NCBI GenBank assembly: GCA_964455675.1
Contig: CAYVYK010000002.1
Coordinates: 133,791-197,790, forward strand
Direction: 5' to 3'
Length of the DNA: 64,000 nucleotides
Source: an uncultured Methanosarcinales archaeon
GTDB taxonomy: Archaea; Nanobdellota; Nanobdellia; Woesearchaeales; CAYVYK01
The notes below the pieces were generated by a model. The model ran no database searches. It was given only the letters and a program-made list of their open reading frames with translations, and was not told the origin of the DNA. Of this stretch, positions 1 through 9,255 are shown in pieces; the first letter of the stretch is position 1, and every line of letters begins with the position of its first letter. A program made the translations under genes and the position numbers.

Positions 1-823
1 TTCCAGGAACTGTTTGCGACCAAAAGTCGCCAAGGCTTCCATGGTATGTCGCGACGAGGTTGTTGCCCGCATCGTATAATTTTACGTAGTCGTACCCTGT
101 TTCTGTGGCAAAGTCCGAGAAGTGCACAGAAATTTTCTGCCAGCCAGGTCGTGATATTTGGAATGAATAGGTGTGGCTGTTGAGGTAGGGATGTTCCGTT
201 TCCCGAGCAGGCAAAACGTTCTCGATTGTTCCATTCGCTACCCGAATGACTTGCTGCCCAACGCTGCTGCACCCGCCAAGGTTTGGATGCGTGTAATCAA
301 CGCCGGTGTCAACGACGCACACGACTTGCCCCGTCCCATTGATCCGCTCATTGCCCACGCGGTAATCCCAGACGTCGTTGGCATTGATGAGGGGAACGCT
401 CTGTGCAAGCAGTGTCTGGTACGTGTGCTTCTTGTACACTCCCTTAACGTGCGGATCCTGTGTAAGAATATTAAGACCTACTGCGGTTATTGTTCCGCTA
501 AAACCAGCGCTGGATCCCCTCTTGTACTCGAGATTGAAGTCAGAGGACGATCCAAACGTAATGGTTTCACCCGTGGAAACGCGAAGGTTTCGAAGCACTC
601 TGTCGCGTTGGCTGTTAAGCCATAAGAGTTCCTTGTCTTTTCGCATTAGCAATGAATCTGTGCTTGTTGTCTGCAATTGTTCTGGGGGAGATTCCTCATT
701 CACGACAACTTCCACGCGTGCCACGCCGTCTCGCAGAAGATCATCATGCACTTCATCGTCAACGTGCGCAGCGCTCGCAATTGGCAGCAGAGCTATGAAA
801 AAGGCTACGAATACTGTTCCCAC
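1..823 (-). CDS. Secreted subtilisin-like (S8) serine protease with CUB-like insertion; partial, runs off the left end
   Basis: Not in ORF track. Manual translation gives a hydrophobic N-terminus, a prodomain, then LAQSVPLINA...INGTGQVVCVVDTGVDYTHPNLGG (catalytic Asp region) and CUB-like ISVHFSDFATETGYDYVKLYD. Start codon (GTG 823) uncertain. Confidence 0.85.
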   Translation of the reverse strand, partial: MGTVFVAFFIALLPIASAAHVDDEVHDDLLRDGVARVEVVVNEESPPEQLQTTSTDSLLMRKDKELLWLNSQRDRVLRNLRVSTGETITFGSSSDFNLEYKRGSSAGFSGTITAVGLNILTQDPHVKGVYKKHTYQTLLAQSVPLINANDVWDYRVGNERINGTGQVVCVVDTGVDYTHPNLGGCSSVGQQVIRVANGTIENVLPARETEHPYLNSHTYSFQISRPGWQKISVHFSDFATETGYDYVKLYDAGNNLVATYHGSLGDFWSQTVPG

Positions 824-855
824 AAGATAGTGTGGGCTTCCCCCCGATGTATTCC

Positions 856-1221
856 TCATTTGGTTTTCAGCGCGTCTTGGATCACATGCGAGTCCCATCC
901 AAGGCCGAGGAGCGATACGGTGATTTCCTGGTCGCTCTTGCCATGGATTCGCATGTTGGATATCTCTGTCCGAAGGACGTCGATAACTTCGTATTGCCTG
1001 ATGAGTTCTTCGGATTTCTGTTTTTTCTTGACGTCGTCCTTGCTCCAGAGTTTTATGTTGCCGCTATGTACCCACAAGAGCACGACCCCTCCGGCAACGA
1101 TCATAAGGATTATCATTCCATAAAAGAGCATGTTTCCGCCCGCTGAGTCGGTGCCGCTCATCCAGTACAAGAATGCTAAGATAGGAATGAGCAACCCAAT
1201 CAGGTAATATTTTTTATCCAT
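856..1221 (-). CDS. Small 2-TM membrane protein with conserved C-terminal 'GW' helical tail
   Basis: Two hydrophobic segments; ends ISNMRIHGKSDQEITVSLLGLGWDSHVIQDALKTK. Confidence 0.75.
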   Translation of the reverse strand: MDKKYYLIGLLIPILAFLYWMSGTDSAGGNMLFYGMIILMIVAGGVVLLWVHSGNIKLWSKDDVKKKQKSEELIRQYEVIDVLRTEISNMRIHGKSDQEITVSLLGLGWDSHVIQDALKTK

Positions 1222-1317
1222 CTTCCCGTCGTAAACCGCCCTTCTGCCTATATATACTTTGCGATTCCGGTACGATGACCTTCATGTTTTTATACCAGCA
1301 ACCGATTTTGATACGGC

Positions 1318-1782
1318 ATGCTAAGTAAGGAATTTCGTGCCGCTCTGAATGTTCTTCATGACGCGCTTAGGAAGACGGGAATCTCTTGGACGGTCATTGG
1401 GAGCACAAACATGTGCCTCCAGGGCATGGACGTGACTCCCCATGATTTGGATATCGTGGTTTCTCTGAGTGACTTACGAAAACTGCCAGGTATCTTTTCG
1501 AAGTGTCAACCAAGCCCAATTCGGAAGCTCGATCCACTGGGTGACGATGAGCGATGGGAAGTGAAGTTCCACATCGGGGATGTTGAAATTCAGGCGATCG
1601 GTGAGAAGGATTCTGGCGGGTACTTGCGAAGGATTGCTGCAGGCCGCATAGTGAAACTCCCACTCGACAGAATTGTTCTGCAATGCTTCATGCTTGACGC
1701 GGAAGCTATGGCGTACGAAGAGATGAAGCGTGAGAGCAAGTCTCGCATGATTCGAGATTTCTTGAATATGCAGAACAGGTAA
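1318..1782 (+). CDS. Pol-beta superfamily nucleotidyltransferase (single domain)
   Basis: hGS and DxD motifs: VIGSTNMCLQGMDVTPHDLDIVV; TATA-like TTTTTATA upstream. Confidence 0.75.
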   Translation: MLSKEFRAALNVLHDALRKTGISWTVIGSTNMCLQGMDVTPHDLDIVVSLSDLRKLPGIFSKCQPSPIRKLDPLGDDERWEVKFHIGDVEIQAIGEKDSGGYLRRIAAGRIVKLPLDRIVLQCFMLDAEAMAYEEMKRESKSRMIRDFLNMQNR

Positions 1783-1845
1783 TCGAAAGATCTCTTTGTA
1801 AGAACCAATCAAGCATCAAGATAAGAGCGCATCGCATGATGCTAT

Positions 1846-2448
1846 CTAGATAAACAGCTTCACGAAAACAAGTGTGAAGAGCAGGCTGAGTACGACGATC
1901 GCAGCGATGAACCAGACCATGTTCTTGAATATTCTTGATGCCGCCTCTTGACTTATGGTATCGATCCGGTGGCCCATGTCCTCAAGCAGGTGGTTGTAGA
2001 AATTTACCATATTCTTGTTGAGGAGTGTCGTGTTCTTGTTGAGCGTATCAAGGTTTGTGAGCATTGTTCCAAGCCACTCTTTGTCCATCTTGGAAAGTGA
2101 TGTGATGACCTCGTTCAGCCGTTTGATCTCCTCTTGGAGCGCGTGCCGTTCCTGGGGCATGCCATCCATTGCTTGCTTGATCTGCAGGAACGCAGTTTTG
2201 AGGTCGCCCGCCCCCTGCATCATGCTTCGGCCGGTATTGGCTTGATTATTTCGTAGGTATTGCTCGAGCGCGTCAAGTTTTTGGATTGTATCAAGGAGCT
2301 GTTTCTTGATGAGCGCTTCTCCCGGTGTTATTGCGGCGTTCGGATCAGCAATAAGCTTCTGATTGAGAACTTCAATATTTGTCGCAAGGACGCGAATTTG
2401 CTCCTCAACGCCCGCTTCCACTGATACTTTTGATCCGAAAACCCCCAT
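1846..2448 (-). CDS. Coiled-coil protein with C-terminal TM anchor
   Basis: Heptad-rich body; hydrophobic C-terminus; divergent from the ATPase gene. Confidence 0.7.
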   Translation of the reverse strand: MGVFGSKVSVEAGVEEQIRVLATNIEVLNQKLIADPNAAITPGEALIKKQLLDTIQKLDALEQYLRNNQANTGRSMMQGAGDLKTAFLQIKQAMDGMPQERHALQEEIKRLNEVITSLSKMDKEWLGTMLTNLDTLNKNTTLLNKNMVNFYNHLLEDMGHRIDTISQEAASRIFKNMVWFIAAIVVLSLLFTLVFVKLFI

Positions 2449-2592
2449 GGTTACATGGATATTCCCCGCGTCCTAATAAAAGCATTTCTTACCATTATGG
2501 AATGAAAAAACAATTTTATTATACCTAATGGGTTACGAAGTTTTTTAAAGCAATTTCGGGGAGTACACGATGCAGAGTATGGGTGATAAGAC

Positions 2593-4326
2593 GTGATAGG
2601 GGAAGAAGACCAGCTCCTGATGGTGGACTGTGAGGCATGTCCCTATGATATTCCCCAGATGAGTGCGATTGGCGTCAACCCAAAGTGCATCGATTGCCCA
2701 TTCATCAAGAAGAAAAGTTTTGACCGCCTCAGGCTGCGGAATAGATATTTTACCAAGGAATATTCTGAGGATCGCAGACTGCTGCATATCGAGCCGTTCT
2801 TTATCGACGTCCGTTTTGGTTTTGCGCATGGTAATTACAAGGTCGTTTCTGAATATACTGTGTCCACGGGCGCGCGCGTCCGCATCCTGCAAAAGCCTGC
2901 TGAGGTTGGGTACATCTATGAGATTAACATTCCCGAGATCAATGTCTCATTCAGTAAATTGTGGGATATGTTTAAGGAAGTTGAGGAATTTAAGGAGACT
3001 GGGGAGACGACAAACCAGATCATCAAGCGCTGGTACCTTGAGTACGGTATCCTTGAGCACCTTTTGTTTGATGATAAGGTCCTTGAGATCAACGTGAATC
3101 CTCCCGCGTACAAGACAGCCATTCGCATTGTGCATTCTGAGTTTGATGAATGCGTCTCAAATATTTATCCGACTCCTGAATTCACGAATTACATCAGTAC
3201 GAGATTGAAGATTTCGACGGGCCGTCCGCTGAACAAGGCCCAGCCCCAGCTTGATGGTGAGATTGTGATCGGCACGCACAAAGGTCGCGTCGCGGCGACG
3301 ATCGAGCCATTCAGCGTCTTTGGCACGGGCTTTTCCATTAGGAAGCATCGTGAACGCCCGTGGACTGTTCCCTTGTTCATGAAGAATGGCGCCGTGAATA
3401 ATTGGTTTGCTGGAATCATGTCGCTCGCGATCACGCAAGGTAGATCGTTCCTCTGCGCCGGTCCTCGCGGATCAGGAAAGACGGCGCTCCTTGGTTCCAT
3501 GCTCCTTGAGATTCTGCCAAAGTACAGAATTATCACGATTGAGGATACCCAGGAGCTTCCGATCGATTCATACAAGCAGATGGGTTATGATATCTTGCCG
3601 CTGAAGGTTCGCTCAGCGCTCCTTGAGCATGGTATGGAGATGCCTTTTGACATGGGCCTTCGTACGACGCTGCGCCTCGGTGATTCATGCCTCATCGTTG
3701 GTGAGGTACGCAGCAAGGAAGCTCGTGTCCTCTATGAGGCCATGCGCGTCGGCGCGATGAGTAACGTCGTCGCGGGTACGATCCACGGTGACTCTCCCTA
3801 TGGTGTATTTGACCGTGTCGTCAACGATCTTGGCGTCCCCGCAGGATCCTTTAAGGTCACAGACCTCATCATCATCGTGAACCAGATCAAGAGCCCTACA
3901 GCGCTGAAGCGCCTGAGGCGTGTGCTTTCAGTTACGGAAGTCTTGAAACGCTGGCAGAATCCGAATGAGCCGGAATTCCAGGACTTGCTTGTGTACGATC
4001 CGAATCGTGATGTGCTCGTGCCAACGGATGCGTTCCTGAACGGCCGCTCGGTGTTCGTCAATAATATTCTTGAGCGCGCATCTGGCTATGGCAGTTACCA
4101 AGCGGTGATCCAGGACATTATTCTGAGAGGCCGCTGCAAGGAAATGTTTGTGCAGAAAGCGAAGAGTCCTGAGCAGCTCGAGGCTCCCTATAATGCGCGG
4201 GCGAATGTTCTGTATGCCGTGCTGTCCGAGAAATACCAGCCGCTGAAGTCGCCTGAGAACACGGAGCGCTTCATGATGGCGTACAGCAAGATGTTGGATT
4301 TGCTGTTCTCGTACAGGCCTGGCTAA
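2593..4326 (+). CDS. Type II/IV secretion / type IV pilus assembly ATPase (VirB11/CpaF/ArlI family)
   Basis: Walker A GPRGSGKT, Asp box ITIEDTQEL, Walker B LIVGEVR, His box GTIHG. Confidence 0.92.
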   Translation: MIGEEDQLLMVDCEACPYDIPQMSAIGVNPKCIDCPFIKKKSFDRLRLRNRYFTKEYSEDRRLLHIEPFFIDVRFGFAHGNYKVVSEYTVSTGARVRILQKPAEVGYIYEINIPEINVSFSKLWDMFKEVEEFKETGETTNQIIKRWYLEYGILEHLLFDDKVLEINVNPPAYKTAIRIVHSEFDECVSNIYPTPEFTNYISTRLKISTGRPLNKAQPQLDGEIVIGTHKGRVAATIEPFSVFGTGFSIRKHRERPWTVPLFMKNGAVNNWFAGIMSLAITQGRSFLCAGPRGSGKTALLGSMLLEILPKYRIITIEDTQELPIDSYKQMGYDILPLKVRSALLEHGMEMPFDMGLRTTLRLGDSCLIVGEVRSKEARVLYEAMRVGAMSNVVAGTIHGDSPYGVFDRVVNDLGVPAGSFKVTDLIIIVNQIKSPTALKRLRRVLSVTEVLKRWQNPNEPEFQDLLVYDPNRDVLVPTDAFLNGRSVFVNNILERASGYGSYQAVIQDIILRGRCKEMFVQKAKSPEQLEAPYNARANVLYAVLSEKYQPLKSPENTERFMMAYSKMLDLLFSYRPG

Positions 4327-4327
4327 C

Positions 4328-6196
4328 ATGGAAAAGAATCCTCTCTACGAGTTTTTCAAGATTGTTCCTGTCGGCTTTACGATACCTTCCGTCGACGAGA
4401 AGATGAAGTTTGTGGAGTACCCGTATAGGAGTAAGGAGATCACTGCCGCGGCTCTTGGAATCCTGATTGCTTCCCTCATCCTCACGCTTGTTTCCCTCTC
4501 AATTCACATGTTCTTCGTGTACTTGTTCCTGTTTGTCGGCTTGATCCTTGCAGTGTCGGTGTACATTTACCCTACAGGCATTGTCTATTCGCAGCGCCTC
4601 ATCCAGTACTCAGAGGAAATGCTGAAAGCAACACTGCGGATTTCGACGTACATTCTCATGAACCAGAGCATGGAGTACGCGATTCTGAATACGAAGGATC
4701 AGCTTCGTGGAACCCTTCGCACGCAATTTGAGGATATCGCGAACCGCCTGCATCGGCGTAAGAATAATACCCTTGGCGAAGTCATGGAGATATATACGCC
4801 CATCTGGAATAAGCATAATCCTGACTTCGTGAAGTCGCTGCGCCTGCTTGAGACCGCAGCCATGTCGCCTGATGAGGATAAGAAGAAGATTATAGAGGAG
4901 ACGCTGCAGACCCTGATCATTGGATATCATACGGCAGGAAAAAGATTTGCAGAGGAGCTCGCGAACAACGCAAAGACGCTCATCGCGTTTGGAGTGCTCT
5001 TCCCGATTATTTCCCTTATGCTTCTCCCTCTCGTGAGTGTCTTTTTGCCAAACGTCCTCAATCCGACGCTGCTCGCGTTCGTCTATAATGTCATTTTTCC
5101 CGCGATAATTCTGCTCATGGCGCTAAACTTTTCATCGAGGCGTGTGCAGGTCGACACGATCAGCTTGAAGGAGAGTCCTCAGCATAAAAGTGTCCCGATC
5201 TATATCTATGCGATCGCGATAGGGATTGTGGCTGTCCTCATTGGCCCAGCGCTCATCCACTTGCTCACGATCAACACGGCGACAGTTAAAACTGTCGAGC
5301 GTGAGTACCTCCTTTGGTCTGTTATTAAGATATGGTTCTTCCCTCTAGGCATTGCTCTCGCGATCTGGCTCGTGTCAACCTATTACTATTACGCGAATCG
5401 CAAGCTCTGGCTCGAGGTCGATGAGACCGAGCGCGATGTTCCGCATCTTCTGCAGTCAATTTCCACGTACCTCACGCTTAACATGTCTTTTGAGCGCATC
5501 GTTCCTGCGACGATCGATGATTATGTCACGCACGGATTCAGCGGTCACCCAACGGTAAAGTTTTTCAAGATATTGAACCACAAGTTGTACGTCACGAAAA
5601 AGTCCATCGAGGAACTGACGAACACAGTCCTTCCCAAGATCTGCCCCTCGAAGAAATTGACGGACATTCTGTCTCAGATTATCTCTTTTACGAATATTTC
5701 TTTAGAGAGCGCTGCTGAGGCGGCTAGCCTCATTCGCAAGCAGACGATTCTCGTCTACGAGCTTGATGACTATATCAAGACAATGCTCTCGGATACTGTT
5801 GCATTGATTGGTGTCACAGTCAACTTCCTCGCGCCAGTGCTATGCGCTGCGGCCGTTCTGATGTCGCTTGCGATTGTGAAGGCATTAACGTACATTTCCG
5901 AGACCCTGTCGAGGATTCAGTCAGCGCTCGGGACGGAAGGAACGCCCATGCAGCTTGTCAAGATTACTGAAATTATTCCGCCCACAGTCATCGAGCTTAT
6001 TGTCTCTCTCTACCTGCTTGAGCTCATTATTGTTCTTTCGCTCTTCTTAAACAATGTCAAGGTAGGGAACGACACGTTTCAATTGACGAGCCAACTGCGC
6101 TCCAATATGCTTGGCTTTGCCCTATTCAGCATAATTCTGATCATCGGCCATTATGTGATTGTCGGCCTCCTGTTCGTTGGATTTGGCGGTGCTTGA
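4328..6196 (+). CDS. Type IV pilus membrane platform protein (TadC/ArlJ-like)
   Basis: Multi-TM protein with two large soluble loops, starting 1 nt after the ATPase stop. Confidence 0.75.
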   Translation: MEKNPLYEFFKIVPVGFTIPSVDEKMKFVEYPYRSKEITAAALGILIASLILTLVSLSIHMFFVYLFLFVGLILAVSVYIYPTGIVYSQRLIQYSEEMLKATLRISTYILMNQSMEYAILNTKDQLRGTLRTQFEDIANRLHRRKNNTLGEVMEIYTPIWNKHNPDFVKSLRLLETAAMSPDEDKKKIIEETLQTLIIGYHTAGKRFAEELANNAKTLIAFGVLFPIISLMLLPLVSVFLPNVLNPTLLAFVYNVIFPAIILLMALNFSSRRVQVDTISLKESPQHKSVPIYIYAIAIGIVAVLIGPALIHLLTINTATVKTVEREYLLWSVIKIWFFPLGIALAIWLVSTYYYYANRKLWLEVDETERDVPHLLQSISTYLTLNMSFERIVPATIDDYVTHGFSGHPTVKFFKILNHKLYVTKKSIEELTNTVLPKICPSKKLTDILSQIISFTNISLESAAEAASLIRKQTILVYELDDYIKTMLSDTVALIGVTVNFLAPVLCAAAVLMSLAIVKALTYISETLSRIQSALGTEGTPMQLVKITEIIPPTVIELIVSLYLLELIIVLSLFLNNVKVGNDTFQLTSQLRSNMLGFALFSIILIIGHYVIVGLLFVGFGGA

Positions 6197-6441
6197 GAAG
6201 GCGTCGCATGCAGTTCACGATTGCCATGCTTGGTGCACGCTTCATCCTTGGCATTCTCGTTACTCGCAGCAAAACTTGAGAAATGGTTCTGCAATCACAG
6301 TGCATTCCGCAGAGTCTGACGGAGCTTGGCTGGAAGGCTAGAGACGGATGGGTTATTGGAATCCCAACCATCCTTGTTGGCTTAGCATTCTAGAGTGCGA
6401 TACCTAGATTGTGATATTTATGTGATGGCATCGTTTTAGAT

Positions 6442-6690
6442 TCAATACATGTAGTGCCCGCGACCGCGACGGTAACATCGCCTCGCGATCACAAGGAACA
6501 TCGTCGCGATGAAGTACTCAAGAATGGCTAGGTACAGGTTCTTCTGAGAAACATGTGTAATGATAGCCTGCACAAGCGAGATGAAGAAGAGAGGGACTGA
6601 CAGAATCATTCCTGCATAGTATAGATGCGCATGCTTGAAATGCTCAAGCTCATCATGCGGGGCAGACTCCACCTTATCATGCTTGTTCAT
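6442..6690 (-). CDS. Small 2-TM membrane protein
   Basis: Start MNKHDK preceded by AGGTGAGG RBS and TTTAAAT; two hydrophobic helices. Confidence 0.65.
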   Translation of the reverse strand: MNKHDKVESAPHDELEHFKHAHLYYAGMILSVPLFFISLVQAIITHVSQKNLYLAILEYFIATMFLVIARRCYRRGRGHYMY

Positions 6691-6776
6691 GACCTCACCT
6701 CTTTTCACTCGTATGTAACCAGGCATTACACTATTTAAATGTTTCCGATCAGAGTTCACAGATCGGAATCGACAGA

Positions 6777-7319
6777 TTAGAATTCGATCAGGGAGTATTC
6801 TTTGTACCCTTCTCTTCGCAGCTTTTCCCGTCCGCCAAGGTCGGGTCTGCAGATGATGAAGCAGCATTCAATGACTTCTCCTCCAAGGCGCTCAACAAGA
6901 CTGCACGCGGCAAGCGATGTTCCGCCAGTTGCGAGGAGATCATCGGCGATAAGGATGCGCATCCCTCGATTGATCGCATCAGTGTGAACTTCCATGTATC
7001 CGCGTCCGTACTCAAGGTGGTATGATGCTGATATGACTTCAGCGGGCAGTTTTCCGCGCTTTCGGAACGGAATGAATCCTGCCCCAAGCGCGTATGCAAG
7101 CGCCGACGCCGTGATGAATCCTCGTGATTCGATCCCGACAACGGCGTCAATCTTCATGGTTTTGTAGCGATCTGCGAGAGCTTTGGTCATGATGTGAAAG
7201 CCCTGCGGATCCTTGAGAAGCGTTGTGATGTCCTGGAATGCAACCCCTTTTTTGGGCCATCCCTTGATCGTACGGACAAGAGATTTCATGTACTTCACTT
7301 GCGCTTTGGTTGCGTCCAT
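6777..7319 (-). CDS. apt: Adenine phosphoribosyltransferase
   Basis: WPKKGVAFQDITTLL, GIESRGF, RKRGKLP, PRPP-binding loop IADDLLATGGT; start set at MDATK. Confidence 0.95.
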   Translation of the reverse strand: MDATKAQVKYMKSLVRTIKGWPKKGVAFQDITTLLKDPQGFHIMTKALADRYKTMKIDAVVGIESRGFITASALAYALGAGFIPFRKRGKLPAEVISASYHLEYGRGYMEVHTDAINRGMRILIADDLLATGGTSLAACSLVERLGGEVIECCFIICRPDLGGREKLRREGYKEYSLIEF

Positions 7320-7371
7320 GGATCTCTTGTCCAGAGCACGTTTTATATAGTTTTCCATCAATGAGGGAATT

Positions 7372-7821
7372 ATGGCATGCAAGTTTTGCGATTTTGCGAG
7401 CGGAAAAAGTTCTGTCCATGCGACCGGGTATCCGTTTATTGCACTTCACAAGACGAGGAATACGGTGTCATTTCTGTCGCAGGATATTCCCGAGCATGAG
7501 AACAGCCATATCCTGGTAATTCCAAAAAAGCATTATACCAAGCTCGAGGACCTTCCAAAGAGTCTGCTCCATGAGATTATGGATCATGTCGCTCTTGCCG
7601 CACGTGTCACGAAAAGGACGCACAAGGGATGCAATATCCTCGTGAATGAGGGTTCATGCGCACAGCAGTTTGTTCCCCATGTTCATGTGCATATCATTCC
7701 AAGGGACAAGCACGACCGTATCACCATCGAGAAATTCAAGAAGAAGCGCATGACGATCAAGCAGTTTCTCATGATGCATGAAAAGGTAAAAGCCGAGTTC
7801 AGCACATCGAAGCGCAAGTGA
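7372..7821 (+). CDS. HIT family nucleotide hydrolase
   Basis: N-terminal CKFC, HILVIPKKH, histidine triad HVHVHII. Confidence 0.93.
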   Translation: MACKFCDFASGKSSVHATGYPFIALHKTRNTVSFLSQDIPEHENSHILVIPKKHYTKLEDLPKSLLHEIMDHVALAARVTKRTHKGCNILVNEGSCAQQFVPHVHVHIIPRDKHDRITIEKFKKKRMTIKQFLMMHEKVKAEFSTSKRK

Positions 7822-8024
7822 TTCGATTTTTTATGAGTGCCATCGGGATGGTGGTTAAGTTTCAAGCTACCATGATACGAGCACAATAGTCATAGTCGGT
7901 TCCAACGCTGGAACCCTCCATGCGAGTACTACCCCGTGTTGTGGATCACTAAAGAACAAGATCTGCGTGTAGATAACAACTCCGGGAAATAATTCAAATA
8001 CAAAGCACGTCCATCCACCACGCT

Positions 8025-8313
8025 GCACAAAGGCATCATTCTTGCGTAGCAATGAAGATGCCGACCGATCCCCACCGACCAACGGGAGGTGGACCGTCCG
8101 ACAATGGTGTTATGACTCTATGCCGATGAGAGTTGATACCTATGTCATATATAGAGATATGTCACGCACAAAGGCATCATTCTTGCGTAGCAATGAAGAT
8201 GCCGACCGATCCCACCGACCAACGGGAGGTGGACCGTCCTACGATCTTAAGAATAAACAGAGAGCACGAGAGCATAGGACAATATATTTGACGGGAGGTG
8301 GACCGTCCTACGA
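8025..8313. repeat. Direct repeats of a ~75-bp structured element (8025-8099, 8166-8239; 3' fragment 8291-8313)
   Basis: Copies 1 and 2 differ by one C indel; ACGGGAGGTGGACCGTCC occurs three times; two hairpins per copy. Confidence 0.92.
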
Positions 8314-8412
8314 AGAGATAATGATTTCTTTGTCGGATCATGCGTCACAATAGGAGAGGTGAGAAGGTAATTAAACAACATCTTTATATCGTTCTTTTTC
8401 GTACCGTGCAGT

Positions 8413-9255
8413 ATGGAAGGGTTTATTCTGAAACGACCAATGTTTGGGAAGGATGTAGAGATCGTTTTGCAGGATGTCGAGGAATCACTTGGAATGGATA
8501 TCGGCATTCAAGCGTATGAGGAAGGCTTACGGCTCCAGTCCATCTTCAACCTCTATGATAAAAACAGCGAAATCTCGTTGCTCAATAGAAAGAGGGAGCT
8601 TACTGTCTCTCCTGAATTGGCATTCGTCTTGGTTAAAGCAAAGGAGCTTGCTGTCCTCTCAGGTCATGCATACGATGTGAGTCATGGCAGAAGATTTCTC
8701 GCAAGAAAACAGGGTGAGGCTGAACCCATTGTACATTGTACAAGCAATAATATCATCGTGAAGGGACGTAGGGTAGTCCTCGATCACGATGACGTAGTAG
8801 TTGACCTGGGGAGTATTGCCAAAGGCTACATCGTCGACCGTATAGCGGAGATTCTTATCGCCGAGGGAGTGGAAAATGGTCTCGTGAATGGTCGCGGCGA
8901 TATTCGCGTGTTTGGTACGAGCCAGCAGATTGATATCCAGCACCCTCGAAAAGACGCATGTATCTCCACCATAAATCTAGTAAACGCGGGTGTTGCAACA
9001 TCCGGTGATTATATGCAGTATCACGGTTCGCACAGCAACTCACATATTGTTGGACAAACCGACGCAGTATCAGTGACGGTTGTCGCCAAATCAGCCATGA
9101 TAGCGGACGCGATGGCGACAGTATTGTCGGTGATCACGCCGGCGAATCGTGAGGTGATCCTCGGGAAGTTCCCTGGAATTAGGGCGTTCATCGTTGACAC
9201 GAAATTGCGGTCCACATGTTTCAATTCGTTTGACAAGTTGGTGATGAGTCCATGA
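8413..9255 (+). CDS. apbE: FAD:protein FMN transferase (ApbE family), no obvious signal peptide
   Basis: SEISLLN, DLGSIAKGYIVD, VNGRGDI, IQHP, VATSGDY, SVTVVA..AMIADAMAT. Confidence 0.92.
   Translation: MEGFILKRPMFGKDVEIVLQDVEESLGMDIGIQAYEEGLRLQSIFNLYDKNSEISLLNRKRELTVSPELAFVLVKAKELAVLSGHAYDVSHGRRFLARKQGEAEPIVHCTSNNIIVKGRRVVLDHDDVVVDLGSIAKGYIVDRIAEILIAEGVENGLVNGRGDIRVFGTSQQIDIQHPRKDACISTINLVNAGVATSGDYMQYHGSHSNSHIVGQTDAVSVTVVAKSAMIADAMATVLSVITPANREVILGKFPGIRAFIVDTKLRSTCFNSFDKLVMSP

Noticed and set aside
173..1146. Plus-strand ORFs in the track (173-625, 378-830, 677-1123, 832-1146)
   Set aside because: Antisense shadows of the minus-strand S8 protease and membrane protein; the same applies to most short overlapping ORFs in the track.
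6197..6441. Short ORFs or hairpin after the platform gene
   Set aside because: Fragments under 40 aa with no recognisable motif or clear expression signals.
8025..8313. CRISPR mini-array
   Set aside because: Unit of about 75 bp is too long, copies and spacings are unequal, and no cas genes are in the window.
8025..8313. FMN riboswitch upstream of apbE
   Set aside because: The conserved FMN-riboswitch sequence blocks are not visible on either strand, and a copy occurs at an unrelated locus.
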